64,000 bases of DNA from Epiperipatus broadwayi. Taxonomy: Eukaryota > Animalia > Onychophora. Position 1 is the first letter of the stretch, and every line of letters begins with the position of its first letter. Location: positions 25,358,001 to 25,422,000 of the forward strand of contig JAQFVV010000004.1 of the NCBI GenBank assembly GCA_028023455.1, written 5' to 3'. Made by a program: the position numbers and the translations under genes. Positions 49,600 through 63,450 of this stretch are shown here, piece after piece. The notes under the pieces are model-generated. The model was given only the letters and a program-made list of their open reading frames with translations, had not been told where the DNA came from and did not search any database.

Positions 49600-50313
49600 G
49601 AACTCAATAGGATCAGTAAAGCAGAATCATACCTGAGGACCTATTGGGACCATGAATCTAATCATTGGTTTTGCCTAAATTCTTGGTCTCAAGAATAGTG
49701 ATGATGGCCATGGAGGATTTGTTTCAGCAGGATCGATCGGCAATCATCACCACATCTAGGTTCAGAGAGATCTGGCAATGTTCTCGTGGCCCTCTCTGAT
49801 TTGGTTGGTGTTCCAGACATGCTGAACCTATGTCACACCCAGATTAATTATAACCCACTTACAGCAGGGGCTGAAGTGGCTTAACCTTGTCCAAGGAGTG
49901 GGTCTGGGTTCTCGCTAAACTGAGTTCTGTCTGATGGGTCATGGATGGGTCTGGGGGAGCTGCTTGGAGACTTGCCAGGTGGGCTGAGAGCTGATTGTCC
50001 CACATGAAGTCTCCTCAAATGGACATAGCATCCCCTTGATTGACTAACTTTTGATCTGTGATAATTCATATCCTTTTTTCCTCTTTTTGTGTTTTTTCTT
50101 GATGTTTGTACTTGGAAAGCATTTTTTTTATATACCTGTAATACCTAATCTATTGTATAAGGTGGTTCTGTTGCTTTGAGCCACCGTCCAGTTTCAGAAT
50201 ATCAATGTAACATTGTAGCCTCTATGGCCCACTGCTCCAGGTGATAGAATGTGGTCCCTGCACAGGTGGATCATGCTTTAGTGACTTAATAAAGTTGCTT
50301 TGAGAAAAAAAAA
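49600..50313 (+). mobile_element. GC-rich retroposed segment, likely a Tx1-like LINE 3' end
   Basis: Abrupt rise in GC, weak MNLIIGFA*I similarity to Tx1 C-termini, and the ending AATAAAGTTGCTTTGAG-A9, similar to the other LINE tails here. Confidence 0.4.
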
Positions 50314-51566
50314 TTAATAATCTATTGTTTTATTTAACTGCCTTAGTTAGTTTGATGAAAAATTAATAAAATTAGATATTCGTTGCCTCATTATGCACAG
50401 ACAATATATGGGCCTATGCATCTTCATTGACTTGTTGCACAGACTAACTGTAACTACTAATATCTAGTAATATAACAGATCATAACCCAGTTTTTAAGAC
50501 AATAATCTTACAAGCTTTAGAATATGCTAAAATCATTTAATCAACTATACTATTAAAAGTACTAGACTAACATAAATCATTTCAGGCTGTAATGCTTGGA
50601 AAACAAATACTAAGCATTTTGAATAAGGAAAACAAAATATCACATGAGCCAAATTTCTTTAATGTCTGTTTTAATACTAATCAAATAAATATCACCAAAT
50701 TCCCAGATAAGAATCATGTATCTATCTGGCATTAGTTATGGAAACTTATGAACTAACTGGTAGGAATGGGCGTCTACCTTGTAAATAATGATAATAGTAA
50801 GTATAAGTGGTAGGAACAATATCTGCATTACACTTATTTATAAACAATCAAAGAATATATATATATTATGAATAGGCATCTATCATATAAATACTACTCA
50901 AATTAAGTTGCTGACTGTGAGCAGCAGGAAAAAGCATCTGCTTCATACTCATTTCTTAACAATACAATTTTATCTATACAAAACAGCCTAAAATAATAGT
51001 ACATTAGCTCAAAAACATTTAATACACACAAATATCCTTTCCCATGTCTGCCTATTCCAAACCTGTGAGGGTACTTTGCCTAAAACTGTAAACTTTTAAG
51101 ATTATAACAATCTTCATTTATTTAATCAGTCTATGCAGCCTTTTATTAATCTGCATTATTTACATTAATGGTCAAATGTTATTCTAATTCTTAATACATT
51201 GCAGGCTAGGAAAATAATCATTATTAACTTCTTTTTTTTTTAGCAAAAATGAGGACTTGCAATAATTGACTAGTTGTTTTGTTATATTTCTTTTAATGTT
51301 ACACCCTTTGAACTATGGCACATCTAATTAAGCAAGCCATCATCATTATGATTGTATATTTTTATGTAAAACAAATCACAACAAAAATTTCAGTGGAAAT
51401 AAAATATACAGATAAAGGAGATTAAATATCTAATGTTAGGAAAACAAAATCATAATAGTATGTAATCAAAGTTCATACAAATTACCCTTTTCATCATTAA
51501 TATTTCATGTTTTGAATTCAGGTACTTGTAGACTTTTTGCAGCACAGTAAGTATAACATAGCTATT

Positions 51567-51845
51567 GTTTTTCTGAAAGTTTGTGATGAGGGTGATTTAG
51601 TTGTATCATCTAATATGAGTATTTAAATCTTAAAATTTTTTAAACTTTATTTAATATTCTGAATACATTCAGTTGTTAGTAATAACACATCAAACAGGTT
51701 AGTATATGCATAACATTTTGAGGAGTATTATTCTCCCCTCTTCTTCAGGTATTGCTGGCCTGACCAGTGACAGTACTAGCATGGGAATCGAACCTGGACA
51801 CTTAGATTCTTGAGTATTATTTTAATGTAACTCTCTAACCACACA
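51567..51845 (-). mobile_element. Family A SINE, copy e
   Basis: The reverse complement has GTGGTTAGAGAGTTAC...GGTTCGATTCCC, CCTGAAGAAGAGGGGAGAATAATACTCCTCAAAATGTT and the shared tail. Confidence 0.88.
51709..51752 (-). ncRNA. Hammerhead motif in SINE A copy e, with G12 lost
   Basis: CUGAAGA-A-GAGGGGAG-AAUAAUA-CUCCUC-AAAAUGUU. This copy has the best-preserved stem II. CGAAA changed to CAAAA, consistent with CpG decay. Confidence 0.55.
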
Positions 51846-54800
51846 TATAAATATAACATAGCTATGTTTGTTGGTATTTTGAGAAGCTTCTGAGATTGTT
51901 CATGCTGACTGATATAGTTTTCATTGATACATGTTCCTATTTTGGTGTTTCACTGAATAATGGCTGGTCTTTTTGCCAAGGCTCTAGAAACTTTTGAAGT
52001 TAGGTGGCATACATTTCACATAATTTGGCTCCAACAATCATTGTAATGATTGTTTAGTGTATTGCAGCAACTTCTCTTCTTCTTGATTGAATTAAACTCC
52101 AAATCTGTCAATTTGGCTAGAATGGAGCAGACAGCAGGCTTCTCTATTCTGTCATTATATTTTAACACTGCTTTCAACAGTCAAAAAAGGAGGAATGAAT
52201 TAATAGTAATAAAGAACCAAGGCACAATCATAAACATAACCACAATCATAATAAAGCATAATAATTATAAGCATGATAAACAATCTTCTGAGAGACCATT
52301 ATTTATAGTTCACTGAGCTGCCTTATCTGTTTTGATCAGGGTTCAATTTCATATATGTATCAATTGAATGCAAATTAGTCTTATATTTCACTGTGGTCCA
52401 TGACTTAATGACCAATTACAGACTACAAAAATTAGCTTTGAAAAAGGAATATAACAATATAAAAAATGTTTTGACTAAACCGCATATGACATTTATCTCC
52501 TAATTAGCTGTTCTGTTTGTCTAGAATTTAATTATTTGTATAAAAATAATGTCATTTCCACCTACTTAACTATAAAATAATTTCACAATTGTTAATTAAT
52601 AAAATATTTTGTTTTAAAGTACTTAAATTAATTTAGATTTAATGAGACCTTGTATACTTATTAGTGCACATATAGATTTTCTGACTAGCAAAATGTTGAA
52701 AAAAATCTTTAATTTAAAAATTTCTAACAAATTTTTTAAATCATATATGTGAAGCGCATATATATCACTTCACTGTAAAAATATAAAAAAAATACTGTCC
52801 TGTCTACACAATCTACATATTGTCTTTAAATTTCATTGTTATTGAATATGTCTTCCAAGGAACTTATTGTGCTTTCTATAATTCTCATTACTCTAGAGGA
52901 AATAATATTATTTAAATGGCATATTGCTTGAAAAATACTGTGCGTATTTATTATTTATAAAATTTACATTTGCTTCATATAAATGTTTAATCGCTTTAAA
53001 CATCGCATTGCTCTAGAGGAAATAATATTGCTTGAAATAATACTGTGCTATTTTTACATTGAATGGCTTATTTTATGTCCAGTTTTTAATTCAATTGCTT
53101 CAAATTTTGACTAACTATTTTGATTGTGATATTTAAATATTCAGAACATTTTATTAAAATATTCTATACTTTTATGGAACCATTATTGGAACTATAGTGC
53201 TGCAAAAAATGATATTGGAATCAATGATTTCAGGACTTAGAATATTTCAAGTGATAAAAGAGCTAAAGCTATAATATTTTAGATTTAAATTTATTTGTAT
53301 CTTTTATAATACATATAATAATGTATGCTTAAAATTTTTGTACAACTTATGCTACTTGAGTATTGGAATTAATTTCTCAGAATATTTTTGCATTGTAATG
53401 TAATCACAAGTAATATGTGTATCCAGAATGGAAATATTTAGAATGCAGAATAAATGAATTTATTCGAATTGATGTATATTTTCTTATTTAATTGTCAAGT
53501 CATAATTCATATACTTAATAACTATTTTATTATAATATCCTACATTTTATCAGTTTTTTACATCATTTGTTTAATATTATTATATGAAATAGGCATTGTT
53601 TTCAAAGCTATTTTCATATATTGTCTTAGTTATGATTTTTGGAAGTGAAATATGTTGTAGATGATAAATAACTAGATATTATGCTTTTGACAAATTTTTG
53701 TAATGGTTTATTTATTCTTACTCAGTTTACTAAGATTAGTGACATGGTCTTAATTCTTTATTTGCACTTATATAGAAGTGTGTACTTTTAGATTATTCCA
53801 TCATTCGCCTACTTATTTCTCAATGTTCATCTTGATGAAACTGTTAAGGTCATACATCATACTAACCATGTTTTTATTATGCTCTTGATATGATCAGAGT
53901 AGTTTAAATATTTTGATGTTGTTGATATATATGTATGCGTATTTGATATGCTAAAGTCCTTAATAAAATATTCCATGTTTAAAATTACATAATTATATTA
54001 TATTTGGCTTATGAAATTATGCATCCCCTCCTAATTCAAGTTATAATATTGCTGGAGAGAGATTTTTTTCAATCCATTAAATATGTTTTATACTATGTCA
54101 TATTGGAAGAAAAACTGGGTTAATAAATAAATGTGAGAGCTTTCTCTATTCATAGCTTACAATATGTTTTCTTGTCTTTAAATTAATTGTTACAACATTA
54201 TAATCATTGTATTATTTTAATTATATTAAAATTATAATTACTAATGGTTATTAAATTTTCTAGTATTAATAAAATGTTGCTTTAATTAAGAAATTTGGAC
54301 TTTGTGTCTGTGTCTGTCTATATTATTAGAAGATCTCAATCACACATAAATATTTTTAAAAGTCACTTTATTAGAGTTTATATTAATCTTTATATGATAG
54401 AGTTTATGTTGTTGATGTTTAAATAACATTCATAGTAAAGATTATTTTATTTTATTTATTTTGAACTGGATTGTAAAAAATCTTTTGCTGTGGTGTATGA
54501 GTATGAACAAAATCTCTTTCCTACTCTTATTATCATGAATGTCATCCTAGATATTGAAAAAGAAGAGTCCTTAATTAATATTAGTCTTATTATTACTAAT
54601 TAAAAATTGAAATAATTTATCGTATTAAGATATTATCAAAAGATTAGATAATATATTGTTCTCTAGGATACATTCACTTATAGGATTAGAAAAAAAGATA
54701 AGAGTATAGTTTTATTTATTTACTGAAGAATCTTTAGTAAGAATCTGGAGATTAGTGAAAGCAGCTTCAGTTGTGTATATTTAATGGTGGTAACCTGTTT

Positions 54801-57602
54801 TACGAATCTAGTCTGGCCAATGGAATGAGAGCATTGTGATTGCTGTACTAATTGTAAAGTTACAATATATGAATTGAATCATTTTATTCTAATTTTATTA
54901 CCCATTCATTGTTTACCTAATATAAATGTTTATTTAAATACATATTTAAAATATTAATGTATTGTACCATTTATTTATATACGATACAAATATATTGTAT
55001 TTGGTAAAAGCTAAAAAAAAAAAAAAGAATAAAAGTAAATTTAGATTTTTTTTTGAATATAATTTATTTTTTAAAAAAAATGTACAATGAAGGTTAAATT
55101 GTTCTTTCGTACTTTTTTTATGTAATTAGAAATAAAAGTAGAATTGGAGAGAACAAAAGAATTCCAAAAGTAAAAAGATAAGCTAAAAGAAAAATATTTT
55201 AGCTAATTAAAGAATTAAAGATGGCTGAAAGATTTTCGAAAAAATGAGAACTTTGTAATTGAAAAATGATTAAAGACTGTACAAGATTATGAACCAAAAA
55301 CACCATGATAATAGTACGCACAGAAGTCTGAAAACTGGGCCTCTAGTATAAAAGGCAGAGACCAGTTTGAAGAACATCTTGTTTTTTCTGTTTGTTCCTT
55401 TGGCTGGTTTTGGATTATTAAATCCAAGACCACTTCAGGATGAAATAATCCTTCATGCGAAAGTAGACCGGGGCTTTAGCTGACATCGTTAAGTAGATGG
55501 ACACTAGTAAAGCTTCTGCGATAGCCTTTGGAATAGACGACAAGATCAAATTTATTTCCAATGGCCAAGCTCATTCTAACCCCAAAAAACTATGCATAGT
55601 TATCTACTACTTCCTCACTAAATTTACCGGTAAGCTATGACTCTTTATTATTCCCGATTGTGACTAAATTGTCAACAAACCATCTTAAAAATATACGTAT
55701 AGTAGGATCCCGATATAGACTTTCATTTATTTAATCAAGAGACTTTTTTGTACCCAAGAATTTTAATTAATTGTTTTAATTACTTTATTTTATTAATTGC
55801 TTCATGTTTGAATTAGTGTGTGTTCTCTCCAATTTACTTAATTAGTAACTCACATTTTAACTTAAACAGATTTTAATCTGCTAGAATAAAAATATTTCTA
55901 ATAGCAATTTTCATTTGTATGTTATTCTATAATATTTATTAGTGTTTATTATTAAATTTATTATTAGTTTATTAAGATTTAAAAATGTAATTTACCTTTG
56001 CCAATATGTTATAAGTTCCAGGAATAATAATATTTAAAAGATAATTCTAGTTTATGGCAGAATTACTGATTCTTAAAAAAATAAGAATAAAAATCTTTTC
56101 TTTTTTTATTTACAACTTGCGAGACATGCTGGCGACAGATTTTAGTGGATTCTTATGAATTCTGGCACCCAGATCAAATAAGTTAAAAGCTGATTTCGTC
56201 AATAGCACAATTCTTAACAATTCTAGGCCGAATTGATCAGGAACTATAGCTATGTTTTTAGAAATAGAAATGCAACTTTCTTCTTTTGACATAACTTGAT
56301 CAACTCACGCATTTTATAATGTGTATAGAGCTCTAGCAAGATGGAAAACATTATAGTATATCTTTGGTCCCTGATTAAAATTTGTTTACAATGACAAATT
56401 CACCCTTACAATATGTATACTAATAAATAGATTAAGTCATATTTCCAATGTTAGTTTAATTCTAAGAATAAAGTGAATATCCATAAAAGTGAATATCCAT
56501 AAATAGGTGATTAAAATTTAACATAGTTTAAAATAATGTTATTCACTTCTTAAAAAATATCTAAAAAATTAATTAAAATTTTATGTATATTTAACAATAT
56601 GTGAAGTAGATGTATGAATGTGAGTGTATATATAGATAGGGGATTAATTTTTATAACCAATCATACTTTCACATTTGTGAGACATTCATTTAAGTATGTA
56701 ATAAGTTCTTAAACTATCATTCAACATACAATCTTTCATAAAATCTTTCTCACTGCATATGTATTCACAATACAACCCTCATTCATTAAACAAGATAGAT
56801 GCTTTCTTAAGAATAATTCATAAACTTTTCTGTTTACACATTTTTATTTACAAGCAATTTGATTTTGAGACTGAATGATTTTAGAAATTGATTATTTACA
56901 TATACACTAATTTATATATTTTTATATTTTAATATTCACATTTTAATATTAAAAAAGCAGAAGTATGACAATGTATTGATATGTACACCTGATAAATATT
57001 TTTTTAAAAATAAACAAATCATTTAGATTTGTGATCTAGCAGCCTCTATGATGTAACAAATCTTAAATTATATATATGTAATTATTTTTGTATTTGTTAC
57101 TTATATCATACATTTTGATCTTTCTATGCATTCATCATCATGAAGTTATTTTATACATATGAACAACATACAATCTATAAATTAAAATAAAACAAAGCCA
57201 TGAGAATAATAAAATTTGTAGTAATACTCATCATAAATATTACTACAGATGTGTAATTTTTCTACATAATGTAAAATATACAATTTATTCTTCTTATGAT
57301 AATGATGATAAAAGAAAGAAGAATGTTGAAAGATATGATATTGATAAAAAAGTTAATTGATGGTCAAATTGATGTTTGTAACAGTAATCCATTTATTTGT
57401 TAAGGTAGATGTATATTTTAAATATTAATAAGCATAAAAATAATTTTTTAAACAAATCTACAATAATATGTTGCAACAAATATATAATTAGAAAATTAAT
57501 AATATTGATATTTTTTGTGATCATTTTATTATTAATTTAGGAAAGAACTACATTTATAGTTGTTAATTGTGCAAGTAGAAATAATCTTCTGTATATCATT
57601 TT

Positions 57603-57969
57603 TCAGACTACTCAAAGAAGTATGGAGAGATAGATGAGGAGTAACAAGAAGAGATCAAAAACACAATATATGGATAACAGAACAAACAGGTGTTACTGAC
57701 CTCATTGAAAAGATTAAAAGACTGAAGTAGAGTAGGGTTGGACTTATTGCTAGAAGAGATGATAATATATGGACAATTGAAATCTTGAACTGGATTCCAA
57801 GAGATTGTAAAAGACCCAGAAAGAGACCACATGTGGGATGGATGGACAAAATAAGAAAGTGTGCAGAAGTGATGTAGAGAAAAGAAATTAAAGATTGGAG
57901 ATGGATTGAACTTGGAGAGACCTTCATCCTGCAGTGGATTGATAATAGTTGATGATGATGATGATAATG
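57603..57969 (+). mobile_element. RTE-clade LINE 3' fragment with (TGA)n tail and 10-bp TSD
   Basis: GVTRRD...TGVTDLIEKIKRLK*...IARRDD.IW...ILNWIPRD.KRPR.RP...WMD.I...LGETFILQW is the classic RTE C-terminus. ATATCATTTT occurs at 57593-57602 and 57970-57979. Confidence 0.92.
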
Positions 57970-58505
57970 ATATCATTTTGTATTTTCCATTACTTTTTTT
58001 TTTGTTGTGTATTTCAGTTAAAGTGTAAATGTTGAAATGCATTTAGTAGATAGTGCACCACTAGTGGACAGCGTTACATGTTCGTATTTTTTAAAATTAA
58101 AAGTTATTAAAATAAAATGAAGAGATAAGTAGCATAAAGAGTTGTAAAATAAAAATTTAAAGAAATAAAAACCGAGTGAAGTAAATTTCATTAAAATAAT
58201 TATTAAAAGCAGTAGTTAGCAATATAATTTAAAAGAATGAAAGAAACAGAAGTTTATTTAGAAAGTTTAAAGAGTTTTTTTTTTTTATTAACACAGATTG
58301 CCAAAGGGCAAAACATTACATCATTTATTAGTATAAGTTTTACTGATGTAAAAAAAAAAAGCAATTAGAGTGGGGGGGGTAAAGTCTAACTAAATAAAAG
58401 ATTAAAATTAAAGTTCTGTCTTGTCATGAATTTTAAAAGAAAAAAAGGAGAAGATGTGTGTGTGTAAAAGTAAAATTTAGTTGAAATATAAAAGGAAAGC
58501 ATATA

Positions 58506-59986
58506 CACCTTTACCCCACTTAGCGATTGACTATTTAGCAATATTTCACAATAGTGATCATCATCAATTTGTACCCACTACTTCAATTTACAATCGATTT
58601 TTCACTATAATGATCGAAAAAAATAAAATAAAAATTTTTTTTTGGCAGCCATCTTGAATTTTGCATCACTGATGATGTCAGAGATATAGCTATTTTAAAT
58701 TCATTTTACCCAAAAGCAAAAGTATATTATTGTAATATATATACAGGTAATGACTTTACACATACAATATTTTATTCATAAAACAATGTTAGTGCCTCAT
58801 TCAGTATTTTGAATATAGAATGTATAAACTTAAAATATCTATAATTACTGAATCTATAATACTGTATACTGTATATATAAGTGTTGAATGTCTTTAGAAA
58901 AATTAAACTTTATTTAAATATAATGTACAGTACTTGGATTATTTAAATAAAGTTTAATTCTTCTAAAGACATTCAACACATATTAGATGATAAAATAGTC
59001 CAATATATAAATACGGTACAGGACAACTAAAATACTATCATCACAAACTTTCAGGAAAACACTAAATATGAATATTAAACTGTGTGGTGTGTTTATTAAT
59101 TATGATAGATTATTTTTAGAACACCTGGATAATTAAGTAAAAATAGCTATTGATTTTCTAACTTTGTTAATAAATATGTTGTTTACACTCAAGTTGTTTC
59201 AAATCAAAAGAAAAACAACATTTTAAAATGCAAATGTCGAATTAGAAAAGTTTAAAAAAAACAGATTGTACTTAAAATAAATGCTAATGAATTTTCTTCT
59301 ACACGAATGGGGGGGGGGGGATTATTACATTACTAAAAATATAGTAAAAAAAAATAAAAGAAAAATAAACTTTGCTGTATGTTTTAGAAAATTAGAAGTT
59401 AGATTTTTTACTTTTAAAATAAATTGATTTTTTTTTCTAAAGTTGACTGCTTTACGATAAGCATTAAGCATTTTGTTACTGTGGAGTACAGTAACAAGTC
59501 TTTATGTTCAATTAAATAATTAATAATTAAACATTGTTTTTTTAATTTGAATAATTTCACATAAGTTATAAACATAAATGTATAGTAGTAATATATACTG
59601 TAATACAAATTAAAAAAAAGGCACTTCAGTATGGATTTTTTTTCATTACGATGGAAAACTTCTGCGGAAGAATATAAAAACTTTTAAATTCAAATTTACT
59701 TTCACTTTCTTTTTGCTGTTCTGTACTTTTTAAAGTGAAAATATGCATTTTTTTTCCTAGTGATATAAAACTTTTCTTTTTAGATATCGTATTTAGTCAT
59801 CATTGTCATGAAAAAATCAAGAAAATCTTTCAAGCTTGGAAACCAATGTGGATGTTTTATGTCGACTGGAACTGACCAATTTTTTTCCCATAGACCCCCA
59901 TTATAATTACATATTTTGTATATGATATTCTTGCTTAACGATGAGTTTTGGAGGACCAATTGCCATCACTAAGTGGGGTAAAGTTG
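58506..59986. mobile_element. Tc1/mariner-superfamily non-autonomous element, ~1.48 kb
   Basis: TA-flanked TIRs CACCTTTACCCCACTTAGCGAT and ATCACTAAGTGGGGTAAAGTTG. No ORF. Contains a nested SINE A fragment. Confidence 0.8.
58881..59061 (+). mobile_element. Family A SINE 3' fragment, copy f, with inverted 40-bp 5' foldback
   Basis: 58881-58920 is the reverse complement of 58940-58979 with one mismatch. The family A tail follows. Confidence 0.85.
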
Positions 59987-60217
59987 TAAATTTAAATTCA
60001 TTCAGAGATTGCTCAGCTGATAAACAGAAAGAAATAATTATAATTAGTAATAAATGAAAATTCTGGAAAATAATACAGAAGTTATCTTTGCCATCGCTAA
60101 GTGGGGTAAAGTTGTAAATTTAAATTCACTCAGAGATTGCTCAGCTGATAAACAGAAAGAAATAATTATAATTAGCAATAAATGAAAACACTGGGAAATA
60201 ATACAGAAGTTATCTTA
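59962..60217 (+). repeat. Tandem duplication of ~128 bp that includes the transposon right TIR
   Basis: GCCATC.CTAAGTGGGGTAAAGTTGTAAATTTAAATTCA...AATACAGAAGTTATCTT occurs twice. Confidence 0.9.
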
Positions 60218-60351
60218 TCCAAAAACTAGATTAATCTAAGCAGGTATGCAAATTAAGAAAACAATGGAAATATAATTAATAAAATTTACAAATTAATTAG
60301 GAGTGATAAAGGAGACAATGAGAGGGAATCATATGAAAGGATAAAAATCTA

Positions 60352-60690
60352 TTCATCATCATTCAGACCCTGATTTCTGATTTTTGTTTCACATATTTGA
60401 TTCATGAGTTAATTAATACCATGCAGTGCTAAGCAGCCAATAGAGTATGAGGCCAATCACTGATCTCAGTCCTTCAGAACATCAGAGGTCGTCCATTTAG
60501 AAGTCATGCCCACATAATAATCTGAGCTGCTAAGGTGCCATTGGTCTTATAAACCTTCTGTATTTGACTTCTCCACTTGGTGGGCCAGTGTACTGCAATA
60601 TTAAAAGTGTAGCTGGAGTGGATTGAAATTCAATAATATTTTTTATTAATATAATCAGAGTGATCTTTCTCCCATCTGGTTCAATAGATA
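60352..60690 (-). mobile_element. Heavily decayed RTE-like LINE 3' fragment
   Basis: Minus strand has RLLCGH..*MD and GRPLMF*RTEISDW, ending in TGAATGATGATGA. Confidence 0.4.
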
Positions 60691-60856
60691 TTGAATTATT
60701 ATTATTATTATTATTATCATCATCATCATCATCCTCATCATTAATATTATTATGGTTCAAAAGCATTTATTGCTCAATAAGTATTGGATATATGAAGTTT
60801 AAACCACACAGTGAGAGTCTATGAAAAGTCACAGATTAAGAAATATGGTTTCACAT

Positions 60857-61400
60857 TATTATTATTATTATACACATCAATATTTACATTAACAGTTTTG
60901 AAATAAATTATGAAAAAAAAGTTTATATGAATATAAGGTGTTTAAGTCTTAAGGATTTTCCATTGTTGCACAACCATCAAATAATAATTACATCTTATTA
61001 TGGTATCAGATGTTATATTAGGCTTCAAACATTGTGTGCAATGATATATTCTTATCACTTTGCTTGAGAGTTTCTAATTTGTTCCAGAAGATGTCCAGGT
61101 GTCTTCTGGGATTGCAGTCATATATAAATTTGCATCTGATACACCAGAAAGCATACACTACAAAGTTTCTAACATGAATGTTTACATATATTCTTTGATT
61201 GAATGTCTGGAATAGAGTATTGTATTGTTTTATGTATGTTCTGAAAGTTTATATATTCAAAAAAGAGATGAAATTTGGTTTTTGGTAGCTTTATGACAAA
61301 GTCTGCATTGTTCACTAATATTCTTGTACTGTCTTCTTTATCTATAAAAATGAGGTATAAATAGGGATTCTATGTTTATTATGATGAGAAAATCCAAGTA
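60857..61400 (-). mobile_element. L1/Tx1-like LINE 3' fragment
   Basis: Minus strand CRLCHK (frameshift) FHLFFE zinc-knuckle remnant and NFVVYAFWCIRCKFIYD, then an (AAT)n tail. Confidence 0.5.
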
Positions 61401-62534
61401 GGTTCAAGTGATCAGAATTTAAATTTTTTAATCAGTTGTTTGTAGTTTATATTAAATATTGGTTTACTTCCACAATTTGAATAAACAATGCGAATAAAAC
61501 TAAATATCTGCCATTGTTTATATTTGGGAGTGGAGAAGAGAGAGTTAAAGTTAAAAATTGTGTGAAGTGGTAGAATCAGATTTCCCCAGAATTTAAGTAG
61601 TGGTGGCAGTTTGTTTTTAATGTTTATATTATATGTGGGAATAAATTGTTACATGAAATTAAAAGGTTTATAGTTTTTTGGATTTTGAATATATTAATCA
61701 TATATAATCCAAGGCCTTTAAAATTTAGATTGTTGTAGTCAATTGAGTTAGATAGCTGCTATATGATTTTTCCAAAGTAGCCTTCTTAATTGAAAATATA
61801 TTTTTCTAGTAAAAGCTTTTGAGTAGATTACTATCCATGAAAAATATAAAATTCTTGTTATAATGAGATTAAAAAGGAAATTTTTGAATAGAAAGATAAG
61901 TACAACATAGAAAGTAAGCTTATTAGGCTTTGACATGTATCATAAAGATTTTGTTGTATTAAGTTTTACATTGTCAAATTATTTAAATAGAAGGGAAATC
62001 TGAGAAAAAGATATGACTTCCTTTTGAAATGCTGTTTATGTGTTTTTTCCACATTTATTGACCAAACACTTGATTTATTCATGATAAATTCTAGTTTGTA
62101 TGAAGTTCATCTGATCAATAATAAACTAAAACTCCACCTGAAAATATTATTTTGAAAACATCATTGGTGTCTTACAGACCATTGAGGAATCATTGTTAAT
62201 TTTAAAAGGAATTTTTTTTTGAGGCAAAAAATGTTTTAGAATAATATCTCATGAATGTTTGCATTTCTTAATTACTGTATATGGTAAGTATCTCAGATGA
62301 ATAAAATAAATTGTGCTTTTTCATCGTTTGTTGATAAGATTAAAGAATTTATTGAATGTTATTCACTTATAAAAATATATATAAAAAAAAGAATTTGAAA
62401 AAAAAGATTGGATTATGAATGAATTAATATCAAAAGTTAACAGAAAAAACAAATTGTATAAGATTTTGAAATAAATAAATAATCAATCAAATAAGATTGA
62501 AATAAACAACTATTAATAATTATATTTAAATATT

Positions 62535-62576
62535 TATCAAACCGGCTTTCATCTCCATTGAGACCTTCTCAAGATA
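62535..62576 (-). ncRNA. Minimal hammerhead motif with U3-A8 core variant, left arm
   Basis: Exact reverse complement of the motif at 63451-63492. Confidence 0.62.
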
Positions 62577-63031
62577 TTATATTATACAATTCACATAAAC
62601 AAATAATAATATTCACTCCATCTACTGGACATTATTTACATTATATTTCATTTTCTTTTTAAACATATCCATATATTATAAATAAATAAATTTAATATAT
62701 TATACATCTAAAATTTTTAACAATATTTCCCACCCACCCCAAAAAAAAAAATAATAATTAAATATATATTTTACATCTTTTAAAAAATAAAAATAAATAA
62801 ATAAATTGATATTTACATATGTACAAACATTTCCTATACTTTCCAATTGTTTAATAAAGCCTATTTCCCACCTAATTTTGCTGGACCTTTTACCATGTTT
62901 ACACATTTGTCTAAGTTTTCTTGAATATACAATGTTTCATAATATATTCTCTTATGGTAATTCTTCACATACTTAATAACACATATTTTCCTCACACTTC
63001 ATTTTATGCCCTGTATCCAAATAATGCAACT

Positions 63032-63205
63032 ATGAAGTGTGAGGAAAATATAAGTGTTATTAAGTATGTGAAGAATTACCATAAGAGAATATATTATGAA
63101 ATATTATATATTCAAGAAAACTTAGACAAATGTGTAAATATAGTAAAAGGTCCAGCTAAATTAGGTGGGAAATGGGCTTTATTAAAAAATTGGAAAGTGT
63201 GGTAA
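63032..63205 (+). pseudogene. PLE GIY-YIG endonuclease C-terminal fragment
   Basis: MKCEENISVIKYVKNYHKRIYYEILYIQENLDKCVNIVKGPAKLGGKWALL fits the N..IL...N..KR...E...I....N...G..L...W pattern. The left arm extends it 5' to HYLDTGHKMKCE on the minus strand. Confidence 0.75.
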
Positions 63206-63450
63206 ATGGTTATACATATGTAAATATCAATTTATTTATTTATTTTTTAAAAGATGTAAAATATATATTTAATTATTTTTTTTTTTTGGGGGGGGGGGGG
63301 ATATTGTTAAAATTTTTAGATGTATAATATGTTAAATTTATTTATTTATAATATATGGGCATGTTTAAAAAGAAAATGAAATTTAATGTAAATAATGTCC
63401 AGTAGATGGAGTGAATATTATTATTTGTTTATGTGAATTGTATAATATAA

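Noticed and set aside
52891-53070. Short direct repeats, also the 17-bp tandem at ~56411-56443 and (AAT)n/(CAT)n runs
   Set aside because: Ordinary slippage products with no further structure.
57608-58042. 144-aa and 90-aa minus-strand ORFs
   Set aside because: They are antisense to an RTE LINE 3' end.
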